Source of the DNA: Armatimonadia bacterium
GTDB taxonomy: Bacteria; Armatimonadota; Zipacnadia; Zipacnadales; UBA11051
NCBI GenBank assembly: GCA_039683575.1
Contig: JBDKRC010000235.1
Coordinates: 4,100 to 68,099, forward strand
DNA: 64,000 nucleotides
Direction of reading: 5' to 3'
Shown: positions 28,131 through 37,703 of the stretch, in pieces
How the letters are laid out: every line of letters begins with the position of its first letter
How positions within the stretch are numbered: position 1 is the first letter of the stretch
Program-made: the position numbers and the translations under genes
Notes under the pieces: model-generated
Seen by the model: the letters and a program-made list of their open reading frames with translations, nothing else
Database searches by the model: none
Told to the model about the DNA's origin: nothing

Positions 28131-30677
28131 TCAGCCAGCCACCAGCGCATCGTCGCAGCCGAATTCGCAGGCGTACTCCGGCGGATCCAGGGCGATCGCG
28201 TCGTAGCAACTTCTGTCGCCGTCCCAGTAGCCACCGCCCTCGTCGAGAGCGTTGCCCTCAAAACAGTCCACGGGATCATTCCAGTAGTCGTTCGGATCAC
28301 CAAGGTAGGCATCGACGTCATGTATCCTACGTTCGTAGCAACGGCCCCAGTCGCAGAAGGTCCGCCCCACCATGGATGCGATCGGGACCTGAAGGTCCGG
28401 GCCTACCGACCCGTGGCAGATGTCATCACGACATACCGAGTCCAGCGGGCCTATCAGGCTGATCGTCACGGGGATGCGTCCGAGGGCAGAGAGCCTGGCA
28501 GGACCGCTGCTGTCGTGACTGTATCGCAGGATCGCCGCCTGCTCAGGATCTTGGTCTCCGGGTCGCTGCCCGAAGTGCCGGACGCGCTCCTGATGGTCCC
28601 GCGTGGCCATCGCCCGCAGTTCGTCGGCGATATGGTCGAGGCGGGCGTATTCGAGGACGGTGCAGACGACGCTCACGGGATGGTAGGCGTTGGGCCAGGA
28701 GTGGGCGTCGCAGTGTCGCAGTTCCTCTTCCAGGTGCTGAACCGCGCGGCGGCACACGTCGCAGACGCCTGCCGTGTCGCGCTCGTCTCCACCCCCAGGT
28801 GCAACGCCGTGAGTACGGCAGCATCCCGGAACTCTGGCAGGCCGAGTGTTCGCGGCGTCTGGGGCAGGATCCAGCAACTCGCCCTCGATCCACCATTCCA
28901 CGCTCCCATCGGCCCACTCGACGGCCGGGCCGTCCGCACGGTGGCGCCGGCCGCGCGACCACCACATTCGTGTTCCGTCGGGTGCCTCCACCGCCGGGCC
29001 ATCGTCGCGGTGCAGCCTGCCTTGGCGACACCACATCCGGGTACCGTCGGGCAGGATCGTAGCCGCGCCATCCTCGCGGTGGGCGCGCCCGTCGCTGTAC
29101 CAGCGGTCGGTGCCATCCGCCGACTCGACTCTGATGAGCATGCCATCCAGGAACCACCTGTTGTACCCGTCGCCGTGTTCGATGGCTGGCCCGTCCTCGC
29201 GGTGGCGACGTCCGCGCCGGTACCACTCTCTCGTACCGTCGGGCCGCTCGATCGCGGGCCCACCCACACGGTGCCGACAGCCCTCGAGGTACCACTCCAG
29301 GGTGCCGTCCGGGCGCTGTACCGCCGGGCCATCGTCCCGGTGAAGACGCCCGTCACGATGCCAGCACTGGCTACCGTCCGGACCGTCGACCGGGCCGACG
29401 GCGGGATCACTGCAGCGAGGGCCATCCGCACGCCCAGAGCGTGGGATCCGGGCTGGTATCCGAACGACATAGACGACGACGTCGTCCTCGATTGTCTGAT
29501 CCGGGTACAGGCCCTCTATGTCAACGGGGATGACTCCCAGGTCGTGCAGCCCGGCGGGCTCCTCCAGGTTGTCGGCGCGGCGGAGTCTCACCGGCGAGAC
29601 CCATACGTCCGCGTCCGGGTCCGCCCAGTCGTCGCTGCATCGCCACGTCATCATGGCCAGCGTGGCCCGCGCGGCCTCGTCCTCCAGCCCCCTCGCGATC
29701 AGTACGTCGCAGACCTCGTCCAGCCTGTGGTACCCCTGCGGGCGGCCGTGGCCCTGCCAGAGGTCCGTTTCGTATACCAGGGACACGGCCGCACGTCGGC
29801 AGGCCGGGCACATCGGGTGAGCCAACTCGGCCGCTTCGCCACCGTCTGCCAAGTGCGGCGACGCTCCATGCTCCAGGTGAGGGCAGTGCGTCCTGATCCC
29901 CCCGTCAGCGGTCGGTATGCCGCGGGCGTCCGGCCCCGGTGCTGGACGTCCGTCGATCCACCGTTCGGCGTCCCCGCCCACCCGTTCCACGGCGGGGCCG
30001 TCGACGCGGTGGCGCCGACCGTGCGAGAGCCAGATCCTGGTACCGTCGGCCATCTCAATGGCCGGGCCATCATCCCGGTGAAGCACACCATCCCGGCACC
30101 ACATCCGTGTCCCATCTGCGAGTTCCACGGCGGGGCCATCCTCGCGGCCGATGATCCCATCCGGACACCAACATCGGCTGCCATCAGGCTCCAACACGGA
30201 TTGCAGGCGTCCCGCCAGAACCCACTTCCGCCCCCCATCCGGGTACTCGATGGCGGGGCCGTCGTCCCGGTGCGGCTCGCCCCCCTGGTACCAAGCGTAG
30301 TACCCCCAGAGCGTCTCAACGGCCGGGCCATCGTCCCGATGCAGTTCCCCGTCGTGATACCATTCGCGCCCCCCGCGGGCATACTGCACTGCCGGGCCAT
30401 CATCCCGGTGGCAGACGCCATACCGGTACCACCAGGTGCTGCCGTCGGACCACTCGATGGCAGGGTGGCCTTCACGATGTGGCACCCCGCGCCAGCACCA
30501 GTAGGTCGACCCATCCCGATCGATGATGGCGGGCCCCTCCTCGCGATGGGGAAGCCCCGCCCTCAGGTGCAGTATGGAGACCGCTCCGGTCATATGATCC
30601 CCGATGTGTACCTGCTCACTTGGTGCCTCGATCACCTCGACCAAGGCGATGTTGCTGATCCGCGCGTTGCCGATCAT
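28131..30677 (-). CDS. MORN-variant repeat protein (848 aa) with two blocks of about 23-aa repeats.
   Basis: More than 20 tandem units of the type W..dG..HReDGPAvE.pDGt.eWw.rG (e.g. HREDGPAIEHGDGYNRWFLDGML; HRDDGPAVEAPDGTRMWWSRGRR). A GGAGG RBS lies 8 nt upstream of the ATG at 30677. The 903-aa plus-strand ORF 28320-31031 is the shadow. Confidence 0.65.
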   Translation of the reverse strand: MIGNARISNIALVEVIEAPSEQVHIGDHMTGAVSILHLRAGLPHREEGPAIIDRDGSTYWCWRGVPHREGHPAIEWSDGSTWWYRYGVCHRDDGPAVQYARGGREWYHDGELHRDDGPAVETLWGYYAWYQGGEPHRDDGPAIEYPDGGRKWVLAGRLQSVLEPDGSRCWCPDGIIGREDGPAVELADGTRMWCRDGVLHRDDGPAIEMADGTRIWLSHGRRHRVDGPAVERVGGDAERWIDGRPAPGPDARGIPTADGGIRTHCPHLEHGASPHLADGGEAAELAHPMCPACRRAAVSLVYETDLWQGHGRPQGYHRLDEVCDVLIARGLEDEAARATLAMMTWRCSDDWADPDADVWVSPVRLRRADNLEEPAGLHDLGVIPVDIEGLYPDQTIEDDVVVYVVRIPARIPRSGRADGPRCSDPAVGPVDGPDGSQCWHRDGRLHRDDGPAVQRPDGTLEWYLEGCRHRVGGPAIERPDGTREWYRRGRRHREDGPAIEHGDGYNRWFLDGMLIRVESADGTDRWYSDGRAHREDGAATILPDGTRMWCRQGRLHRDDGPAVEAPDGTRMWWSRGRRHRADGPAVEWADGSVEWWIEGELLDPAPDAANTRPARVPGCCRTHGVAPGGGDERDTAGVCDVCRRAVQHLEEELRHCDAHSWPNAYHPVSVVCTVLEYARLDHIADELRAMATRDHQERVRHFGQRPGDQDPEQAAILRYSHDSSGPARLSALGRIPVTISLIGPLDSVCRDDICHGSVGPDLQVPIASMVGRTFCDWGRCYERRIHDVDAYLGDPNDYWNDPVDCFEGNALDEGGGYWDGDRSCYDAIALDPPEYACEFGCDDALVAG

Positions 30678-30747
30678 CCGCTCAGCCTCCTTCGCCGCCC
30701 ACCCGTGCGGCACGCCGCCGCACCTCGTATTGCCCCCACACCGAGTC

Positions 30748-32025
30748 TTATACGCATGTGCCACCGGGACATATCTTCTCATGTCCGTCGGGGGGCGGCG
30801 ACGGAATCCCATACCTGCTGCGGGCCCCATCCGACCACGGGATGTCCGCCAGCCGCTCCCGCCAGTCCCGCAGCAGGAAGTGTGCCGGGTACTCCAGGCC
30901 GAACGCATGGCTGCGCCAGGCGATCGCCTCCAGCAGGTGCCGGTGCCTGTCTGAACCTGCCGCGAGCAGCAGCAGGCTCCTCAGGCCCTCCTCGGTCTCA
31001 TCGGCGTCGCCCGTCCTGGGGCGGTAGGTGACCACGGCGGGGATACCGTGGTCGGCCAGCAACCGGACCTTCTCGGTGTCGTTGGGGACCGGCCGCGCCC
31101 GGATCCCCGCCGCGACGTTCTCCCACTCCTCCGGCGTCCGCGGCCACGGGATGCACCCCAGCAACGCCTCGATCCGGGCCGGATCAGGCTCGATCGGCCC
31201 CTCCCCATCGGGCTCGCCCACCGAGGTGGCCGCGACCGCCCTCATGTCACCGCGGTTCGTCCGCCAGACCTGACAGTTCGCCATGAAGCGTGAGCGGGCG
31301 CGTTCGTCATAGAAGATGCCGTCGAGGTCGGTCACGTTGGTGGTGATGATCGTGGCGAGCCGCCCCTGGTAGCGCTCGTCGATTAGCCTCCCCCAGTTGC
31401 GGACGGCCTCGGATGTCGGAGACTCCGTTCCGAGGTCGTCCACGACCAGCAACGGCGTCTCCAGGAGGCCGTCCCACTCCCTGCTCCTCATCCAAGCCGG
31501 CTCGAAGGTGACGGCACCGAGGCATCGAAACAAGCTGTCAGCGGCGATGAACCGGGCGTCCTCGTTGCCACTGACTCGGGCGTAGGTAACCAGGACGAGC
31601 CCGGCGATGCAGGTCTTCCCGGCCCCGACCGGGCCCACGATGACCACGTTGCGGCCGCCCCGGACGTTGCTCTCCAGCCCGGCGAGGTACGACAGGACGT
31701 CGTCCGCGATGTCGCCCGGCAGGTCTTCCAGCGTCGGGTTTCGCGAACGGACTGGTATCTGGAACCTCCCACCGTACCGTTCCATCCGGGCGCCCCAGTG
31801 TGGGCACCAGCGCGGGTTATCCAGCGGGCAGGGACGCTCGGTCGCCTCAGTTGCGGGATCCGGCGGGTCGTGTGGTCTGCTCGAGTTGGGCGGCAGACGG
31901 TACTCACCGCGGCAGTACGCGGGATCGAAGGGTTGCTTCAGTTCGACGAACCCATCTTCCCGGGTGTAAGTGGGCCAATCGTTGAGGATCAGGGGACACA
32001 TCTGATCTGGTGCCCATGTGCTCAT
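30748..32025 (-). CDS. DnaC/IstB-like AAA+ helicase-loader ATPase with a C-terminal extension (425 aa).
   Basis: Walker A RNVVIVGPVGAGKTCIAG, Walker B LLVVDDLGTE, and sensor block RLATIITTN. GGAG lies upstream. Confidence 0.7.
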   Translation of the reverse strand: MSTWAPDQMCPLILNDWPTYTREDGFVELKQPFDPAYCRGEYRLPPNSSRPHDPPDPATEATERPCPLDNPRWCPHWGARMERYGGRFQIPVRSRNPTLEDLPGDIADDVLSYLAGLESNVRGGRNVVIVGPVGAGKTCIAGLVLVTYARVSGNEDARFIAADSLFRCLGAVTFEPAWMRSREWDGLLETPLLVVDDLGTESPTSEAVRNWGRLIDERYQGRLATIITTNVTDLDGIFYDERARSRFMANCQVWRTNRGDMRAVAATSVGEPDGEGPIEPDPARIEALLGCIPWPRTPEEWENVAAGIRARPVPNDTEKVRLLADHGIPAVVTYRPRTGDADETEEGLRSLLLLAAGSDRHRHLLEAIAWRSHAFGLEYPAHFLLRDWRERLADIPWSDGARSRYGIPSPPPDGHEKICPGGTCV

Positions 32026-32039
32026 CGGTCTTCACACTC

Positions 32040-33260
32040 CTACAGCCGATTCGCCAGTTCCCCCAGCAACTGGCGTCTCCGTCGGTTATCTTCCCTCACC
32101 TGCCGCAGGTCCTCGGCGGTCTCAGACCGCCTCGGCTCCCCGGAGGTGGTGCCGGTTCCCGGTTCGATCCGGCGATGGCCGAATCGCGTCCGGGAGTTGC
32201 GAATCACGTCCAGCACGTGTTCCCGCCCCTCGCGGAGGGCCGCGACCAGGCACGGGACGATCTTCTCCCGTAGCCCCTTATCCGTGTAATAGTCAGTGAA
32301 GATGGTGATCATGTCCGAGGCCTCGCGGGGGGTAACGACGGAGCGGTACTTCCGGGCCAGGGAGGCGGTGAGCCCGGCCCGACGCAGCAGGTCCTCGACC
32401 TGCTGCTCATCAGCCGGGGCATCGGTGGGGGCGGGAGACGCGGAGTGGTCCCCCCGCCTGGGACCCTCGCTGCGCTCGGGCCCGCTCACGACGGCAGACG
32501 GGGATGAGGTCCTGAGGTCGTTGCTCTCAGACTCGCCGTTGTCGTTGTCGTTTCCGTCGTAGTTCGAGTCCGAACGACAGGTCAGGTCGTCATCACCGGC
32601 CGTGGACGTGACGGGGGCGGCGAAGGCCGCCGCCGGAACGTCTGATGATGATTCCTCTGATAGATTCTCTGACCTAACGTCTGAACAACGTCTGACGGAG
32701 GGCACGAAGCCCTGAGCCTGTTGGGCTGAGGGCACTTCCGTCACCCCGTTTTGGGAATCTTCCACCCCATTTCGGGAATCCGTCGCCCCGTTTTGGGAAT
32801 CGATCACCCCATTTTGGGGAGCGGGATTCCCATTTTGGGAACCGAATTCCCCGTTTTGGGAAACCGGATCTCGTTGTCGGGAACCGACGGTCCGCTCGGC
32901 CGACGCCGCTGATTGGCCGTGCCAACCCTCGAAGTCGGCCACCAGCACCGACCCTCCATCGAGGGTGACCAGCCCACGGGCGGTCAGCCTGGTGAGGTCT
33001 GCGCGGACGTGATCGACGCGGATGCCGAGGTCCGCGGCGAGATCGGGCAGCGGCCGGATCACCTGCCCTGGCACCAGCCGACCGTTGCGGTCCGCCCCTC
33101 GCCAGGCATTGGCCAGCAGCGTGATGAACAGGTACCGCTGACGCCAGGTCAGCCCCGACATGCGGGCGTCATGTAGCAGGCCGGGGGTCAGCGGAAAGAA
33201 GCCGCCCCTCCTGGCGGTCTTGCGGTCATCACCGTGACTGGGGGAATCGTACGTGGGCAT
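32040..33260 (-). CDS. Replication-initiator-like protein: winged-helix N-domain, internal low-complexity SQNG repeats, conserved C-terminal domain (about 406 aa).
   Basis: N-terminal ...LTWRQRYLFITLLANAWRGADRNGRLVPGQ...RADLTRLTARGLVTLDGGSV. A GAGAGGAG RBS lies 7 nt before the ATG at 33260 (MPTYDSP). It sits directly upstream of the DnaC-like gene. Confidence 0.5.
   Translation of the reverse strand: MPTYDSPSHGDDRKTARRGGFFPLTPGLLHDARMSGLTWRQRYLFITLLANAWRGADRNGRLVPGQVIRPLPDLAADLGIRVDHVRADLTRLTARGLVTLDGGSVLVADFEGWHGQSAASAERTVGSRQRDPVSQNGEFGSQNGNPAPQNGVIDSQNGATDSRNGVEDSQNGVTEVPSAQQAQGFVPSVRRCSDVRSENLSEESSSDVPAAAFAAPVTSTAGDDDLTCRSDSNYDGNDNDNGESESNDLRTSSPSAVVSGPERSEGPRRGDHSASPAPTDAPADEQQVEDLLRRAGLTASLARKYRSVVTPREASDMITIFTDYYTDKGLREKIVPCLVAALREGREHVLDVIRNSRTRFGHRRIEPGTGTTSGEPRRSETAEDLRQVREDNRRRRQLLGELANRL
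32740..32890. repeat. Coding tandem repeat, about 7 units of 21 bp (CCCCGTTTTGGGAATC-like), encoding [S/E]QNG[x]3 repeats.
   Basis: Visible as cgttttgggaatc / catttcgggaatc / cattttggggagc / cattttgggaacc / cgttttgggaaacc periodic units. Confidence 0.7.
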
Positions 33261-33311
33261 CTGGGTCTCCTCTCGTCCCCGGGGTGGCATCGCTCCTCTG
33301 GCTGTGCGGCT

Positions 33312-33354
33312 GGGAGAGGGGTGGAGGAGACCCGGGGGGTCGACACCCCTCTCC
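33312..33354. promoter_or_regulatory. Perfect 12-bp inverted repeat (GGGAGAGGGGTG-N19-CACCCCTCTCCC) about 50 bp upstream of the replication-initiator start. Operator, origin element or terminator.
   Basis: Read directly from the sequence. Confidence 0.45.
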
Positions 33355-33577
33355 CGGCTGTCGCCCGCCCCCGGGGGCCTATTCCCGAGGCGTGGTGGCG
33401 ACATCCAACCATCAGTAATGGGGATCTGACCCTTCGACCTGCATCCGGCGGTCGACCAGGACGGAATCGGTCAGCTTAGCATTGGATCCGGGCACGGGAA
33501 TGGTTGCAGAAAGGTCAGTGTTGGGATGCGCTGCGTTGGAGATCGGGGGGATGGAGGGCGACTCGGAGGCGGAAGGC

Positions 33578-34594
33578 TCAGGCCCGATGCTCTCGCTTGC
33601 GGCGATTGGCCTGGAGCAGTTGGACCTGCCGCTCCAACGGCAGAGCGAAGAAGAGGTGGATGGCCAGGTCCACGACGTCCGAGAGCCGGATGTGTCGACC
33701 GAGGGCGCGGGAGCCCAGCAAGGAGAGCTGGGTGATGTGGGTGATGCTCGATCTGCGGAGGGCGAAGGTTCGGGCCTGGGACGCGCCGCGGCGGCCCAGC
33801 AGTTCGGCGTGGTCGAGGACTGGGCTGGTCCGTATGGCGACCGCGACGATCTCCGACAACCTGATGTGACGGCCGGTGCGCTCCGACAGCGTCCTGGAGA
33901 ACACCCGCAGCGATCCGATCGCCTCGGAGGACAGGTAGTACAGTCGGGGTACGACATCCTGAGGGTCTTGGATGGCCGAGGCGCGACCGACCTCATCGCC
34001 AGGCCCCGCCGACTGCGGCGTCACCTCTTCGGGCATGTGCCGACGGACGAGGTCCGGCACTAGCGTCACCACGAGCAGGTCCGGGGCACCGGCAACACCG
34101 CGGTCGGGCGGGAGGCCGACGGCCTTCAGCGGCTTGATGATGTCACCGATGACGTCACAACGTCCTGCCCTCGAAGGCACGACGAGGATTCTCGTTGCCT
34201 GGAGACCAGCAAGTCGTGGGGGGCTGGCCACCACGACACGATCATGATCTGCCAGAAGCCGCTCGATCAGTCGTGTGAGAAGTTCCGCGACCACATCGGT
34301 GCCATCGGCATCATCTGTCGGGCTCGGTCTCACGGTCAGCGCGCTGAGCCCCGGCACGGCGGAGGACGCCGTCATCTGACTCACATCAGCAACTCCATCG
34401 GCCAAGGCCGTCAGCAGTGATGGCAGGTCGCACGTCCCCGCACGGCCCCGCTGCCGGGACCGCGGCGGTCGTGGAGTCAGGTCGAGCAGGATGGTCCTGA
34501 GGCCGGCCCACGCGCAGGCCTCGGCGAGGTCGTGCGCCGTCGCACACTGGCCCTTCCGCGAGCGGCAGGAGGTGAGGATGAGGAGTTGGCCCAT
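33578..34594 (-). CDS. ParA/MinD-like partition ATPase homolog with a degenerate Walker A (338 aa).
   Basis: N-terminal QLLILTSCRSRKGQCATAHDLAEACAWAGLRTILLDLTP aligns with ParA [22 protein letters not shown]...RVLLIDLDPQ but lacks GKT. Possibly a pseudo-ATPase. Confidence 0.4.
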   Translation of the reverse strand: MGQLLILTSCRSRKGQCATAHDLAEACAWAGLRTILLDLTPRPPRSRQRGRAGTCDLPSLLTALADGVADVSQMTASSAVPGLSALTVRPSPTDDADGTDVVAELLTRLIERLLADHDRVVVASPPRLAGLQATRILVVPSRAGRCDVIGDIIKPLKAVGLPPDRGVAGAPDLLVVTLVPDLVRRHMPEEVTPQSAGPGDEVGRASAIQDPQDVVPRLYYLSSEAIGSLRVFSRTLSERTGRHIRLSEIVAVAIRTSPVLDHAELLGRRGASQARTFALRRSSITHITQLSLLGSRALGRHIRLSDVVDLAIHLFFALPLERQVQLLQANRRKREHRA

Positions 34595-34657
34595 GGGGTG
34601 GTTACAGGTGCCCGCAATGATATGATGATATGGTTACGACGTCGCCCTTTTCGCCGC

Positions 34658-35764
34658 CTACGAGCCCCGCTCCTCCCGCCTCGAGGCGGCGATCGGGGGC
34701 GGTCCCGGTTGCCCCGGGCTGACACCAGAGATCGCCTCCAACGAGGGGCGCAGGGCGAGCCCGATCGCCTTCGCCAACAACGGTGGGACGGCGTTCCCGA
34801 CCTGAACCATGGCCGAGGCCATCTCACCGGAGAAGCGGAAGCTGTCGGGAAAGGACTGCAGCCTGGCCATCTCCCGTGCCGAGATCGTCCGCGGCAGTTC
34901 ATAATGGATGTGCGGCGCGCCGTTGTTGTGCTTGATCGTCGGGGACGGCAGGCCGATGCGGAGCCGGCGCCAACTGCCGGAGTAGCCATCGTACAGCGTC
35001 TCCCCGGGGGCGACCCGCGCCAGACGCATCTCCATCTCGGATGTGTGGCGGGTCCATTCGTGGTTGGTGGCGGGATCCCTGGGGCGGCCCTTGAGATCGT
35101 TGATGGCGCACTCCACGGGAATGAAACGGCGGCGGGACAGCAGCGGCAGTGGCCGGGGGTTGGGCCGGCCATATCGATTGGCAACGATGAACAGCCTTCT
35201 TCTCATCTGGGGGACGCCGAACTCGGCGGATTCGAGCATCATCACGGATCCATCCGGGTAGCCGATGCCAGCTAGGCCGTCGAGGATCCGCTGGATGCGC
35301 CCCCCCTGCTCGATGCTCAGTAGTCCTGGAACGTTCTCCATCACCAGGAAGTGCGGGCGCAGGATGCCCGCGACGCGGAGGAACTCCTGGTACAGGTGCC
35401 CGCGGGGGTCGGCCGGGTCACGTTTCCCCGCCGTCGAGTGGCTCTGGCACGGCGGCCCGCCGCAGATGACGTCAGGCGGGGCACCTGGGAAAAGCGCCAG
35501 AAGGTCATACTCGCTCAGATCCTCGATGAGCCCGGTGTGCAGCCGGGTGCCGGGAAAGTTGTTGGCGTAGGTGGCGTAGGCATCGGCGTCGGCCTCGACC
35601 GCCAGCACGGGTTCGTAACCCGCCATACCGAACCCCAGGCTCAGCCCACCGGCGCCGGCGAACAGGTCGACGACGCGGTAGGTCGAGCCCGTGTCCACCT
35701 GAGAGGTGTCCACCCACTCGATGTCGCTGCCCTCATAGCTCCTAAACTTTGGCGTTTTCTGCAT
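34658..35764 (-). CDS. dcm: DNA cytosine-5 methyltransferase.
   Basis: Motif I VVDLFAGAGGLSLGF, motif IV GGPPCQSHS, motif VI ENVPGL. Confidence 0.9.
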   Translation of the reverse strand: MQKTPKFRSYEGSDIEWVDTSQVDTGSTYRVVDLFAGAGGLSLGFGMAGYEPVLAVEADADAYATYANNFPGTRLHTGLIEDLSEYDLLALFPGAPPDVICGGPPCQSHSTAGKRDPADPRGHLYQEFLRVAGILRPHFLVMENVPGLLSIEQGGRIQRILDGLAGIGYPDGSVMMLESAEFGVPQMRRRLFIVANRYGRPNPRPLPLLSRRRFIPVECAINDLKGRPRDPATNHEWTRHTSEMEMRLARVAPGETLYDGYSGSWRRLRIGLPSPTIKHNNGAPHIHYELPRTISAREMARLQSFPDSFRFSGEMASAMVQVGNAVPPLLAKAIGLALRPSLEAISGVSPGQPGPPPIAASRREERGS

Positions 35765-35822
35765 CGGCCTCGTGGCGCATATATGTAAGGTAGAGGTGGA
35801 ACCTCGGCTGACTCTTGCTGCC

Positions 35823-36242
35823 TCACGGTGAGGCGTCCTCGGGGAAGAGCCGCCGCAACCGCCGCCCCAGCTTCACGGAGTTCCTCGTCTCGCACTCCCA
35901 CACTATCACCACACGCCAGCCCAGCCGCCGTAGTTCGCGCTGGTTCTCACGATCAAGCTCGATGTTCCGCTCGAACTTCGCCAACCAGAACTCGCTGTTC
36001 CGCATCGGTCGTTGGGTATGGCAGCAACCGCCGTGACGGTGCCAGTAACAGCCGTGCACAACGACCACCGTCCCCCATCTCGGCAGGACGATGTCCGGAC
36101 GGCCGGGCAGGTCCCGCCGATGGAGCCGGAACCGCAGGCCCATCTCGTGGAGCATCCGCCGAACGATCAGCTCCGGCCTCGTGTTCCTGGAGCCGACGGC
36201 GGCGAGTCTCCTGCTGGATATCTCTGGCGACTCGTGACGCAT
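35823..36242 (-). CDS. vsr: Very-short-patch-repair endonuclease.
   Basis: TRPELIVRRMLHEMGLRF...DIVLPRWGTVVVVHGCYWHRH...EFWLAKFERN matches Vsr. Adjacent to dcm. Confidence 0.85.
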   Translation of the reverse strand: MRHESPEISSRRLAAVGSRNTRPELIVRRMLHEMGLRFRLHRRDLPGRPDIVLPRWGTVVVVHGCYWHRHGGCCHTQRPMRNSEFWLAKFERNIELDRENQRELRRLGWRVVIVWECETRNSVKLGRRLRRLFPEDASP

Positions 36243-36443
36243 GGTGGAGTGGATACCTTGCCTTGGGCAGCCTCCCCCGTGTCATCTTAGCCGTGGTGCC
36301 GCCGACCCGCAAGTGCATCGGTGTCCGTGCGGAGGCACATCAGTCTCCACAAGGGGCAAGTTGGCGAGCCTGGTGCTATTGCTTTCGCCCGGTGAAGCCT
36401 CTACAATCGCTTATGTCCGAAGTACAGGGAGGATTCGCCTGCT

Positions 36444-36641
36444 ATGAGCGATCACAAGGACGAGAGGGTCGAGGCCGAGAGATTGTGGCGCACCCATATC
36501 GAGACGGCCGAGCCGCTCGATCAGGACGAGGTGCGTTTGGTCGTGTTTCACGGCTTTGCCAAGGAGGAGGACTGGGATGATCGCGGCGGAAACCTCTTCT
36601 GGCACACTGCCACCTGGCCTGATCCCGACGCCATCGAATGA
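36444..36641 (+). CDS. Small hypothetical protein (65 aa).
   Basis: MSDHKDERVEAERLWRTHIETAEPLDQDEVRLVVFHGFAKEEDWDDRGGNLFWHTATWPDPDAIE. GGGAGGA lies upstream. Confidence 0.35.
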   Translation: MSDHKDERVEAERLWRTHIETAEPLDQDEVRLVVFHGFAKEEDWDDRGGNLFWHTATWPDPDAIE

Positions 36642-36663
36642 GATCGCATCCCCGTCGTCCTCC

Positions 36664-37633
36664 TCAGTCATCACGGTGCCGCACCGACCTGTACGGCAGG
36701 TGCAACATCGCCGCGGCCGCCTTCTTCGTCTCCTCGCCCCGCCGGTCATAGCGCACCGTGGAAGTGATCTGCCGGTGGCCGGCGTGATTCATACAGGTAG
36801 ACATATCCGTCAAAGACAACAAAGTTGACAAACATGTGCGGCGCAGATCGTGAGGGGTCAGGTCACGCACTCCAGCCTGGCGGACCCTCCGCTTGAGCAT
36901 CCGGTAGATGGCCCGGTCCGACAATCGCACCCCCACCTGCATCCTGCCAGCCTTGTCGACTGGGCAGAAGAGCCGGCCCGGCTCATCCCCGCGGACCGCG
37001 ATGTAGTCTTCGATGGCGTCCCGAGCCCCATTGTCGAGGTAAATCGCGCGCTCAGCAAAACCCTTCCCAGTAACCACGAGTTCAGAAGTCTCCGGCCGGT
37101 AGCTATCCAGTTTCAGTGACGAAACCTCGGCCCGCCTCAAGGCCCCGGCGAACATGAGACCGATCAGGGCCACGTCCCTGATGCCGGCGGGGCCCTCGTC
37201 CCTCAGGCAGGCTTCCACCAGTGCGCCGATCTCCCCTGACGTGACAGCCCGCCCCGCCAGCAGTCGTGATCCCCGCACCGGTCGTACGTCACGGATTCGC
37301 TGGTAGTCATCGCTGGAGATGAGCTCCAGCCCCCACGCCGCCCTTGCCACGCCACGGATCGCATGAAGTGTGGCGTTGATGGTCGCAGGCGCGTAGCCCA
37401 GCTCCACGAGCTTCGTCCGCACGGCCGCCACGTGTTGGTAACGAAGTCGTGCCCAGTCCAGCCCCAGGAAGTCCCGGGTCCCCGCCGTCAGTTCCGCCAC
37501 CTTACTCAGTTTGCCCGCCATTGCCCGTCTCCCCGTCGGCGCCAACGACGCCAAGTACACCAGCGCGGGATGCTGATCCGGCGGCAGTTCCCCCCTCTGC
37601 ATCTCCCCACGAACGCTAATGATTTCGTTCATC
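36664..37633 (-). CDS. int: Tyrosine site-specific recombinase (phage-integrase family).
   Basis: C-terminal catalytic region ...LTPHDLRRTCLSTLL...HRQITSTVRYDRRGEE (R-H-R-Y). A GAGGAGG RBS lies 10 nt upstream of the ATG at 37633 (MNEIISVRG). Confidence 0.85.
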
Positions 37634-37703
37634 GGTCCGATTCGCCTCCTCAAAGCCGCTGAAGATTGGGGGCTGAGAATGGTGATTCTCGACCCCAATG
37701 ACT

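Noticed and set aside
28320-31031. 903-aa plus-strand ORF
   Set aside because: Shadow of the minus-strand MORN-repeat gene. The minus frame shows a clean periodic HRxDGPA repeat, a GGAGG RBS and an ATG. The plus frame is Pro/Arg/Ala-rich without structure.
33482-35275. Plus-strand ORFs 33482-34063, 33972-34247 and 34532-35275
   Set aside because: Overlap the ParA-like and Dcm genes on the other strand. No RBS or motifs.
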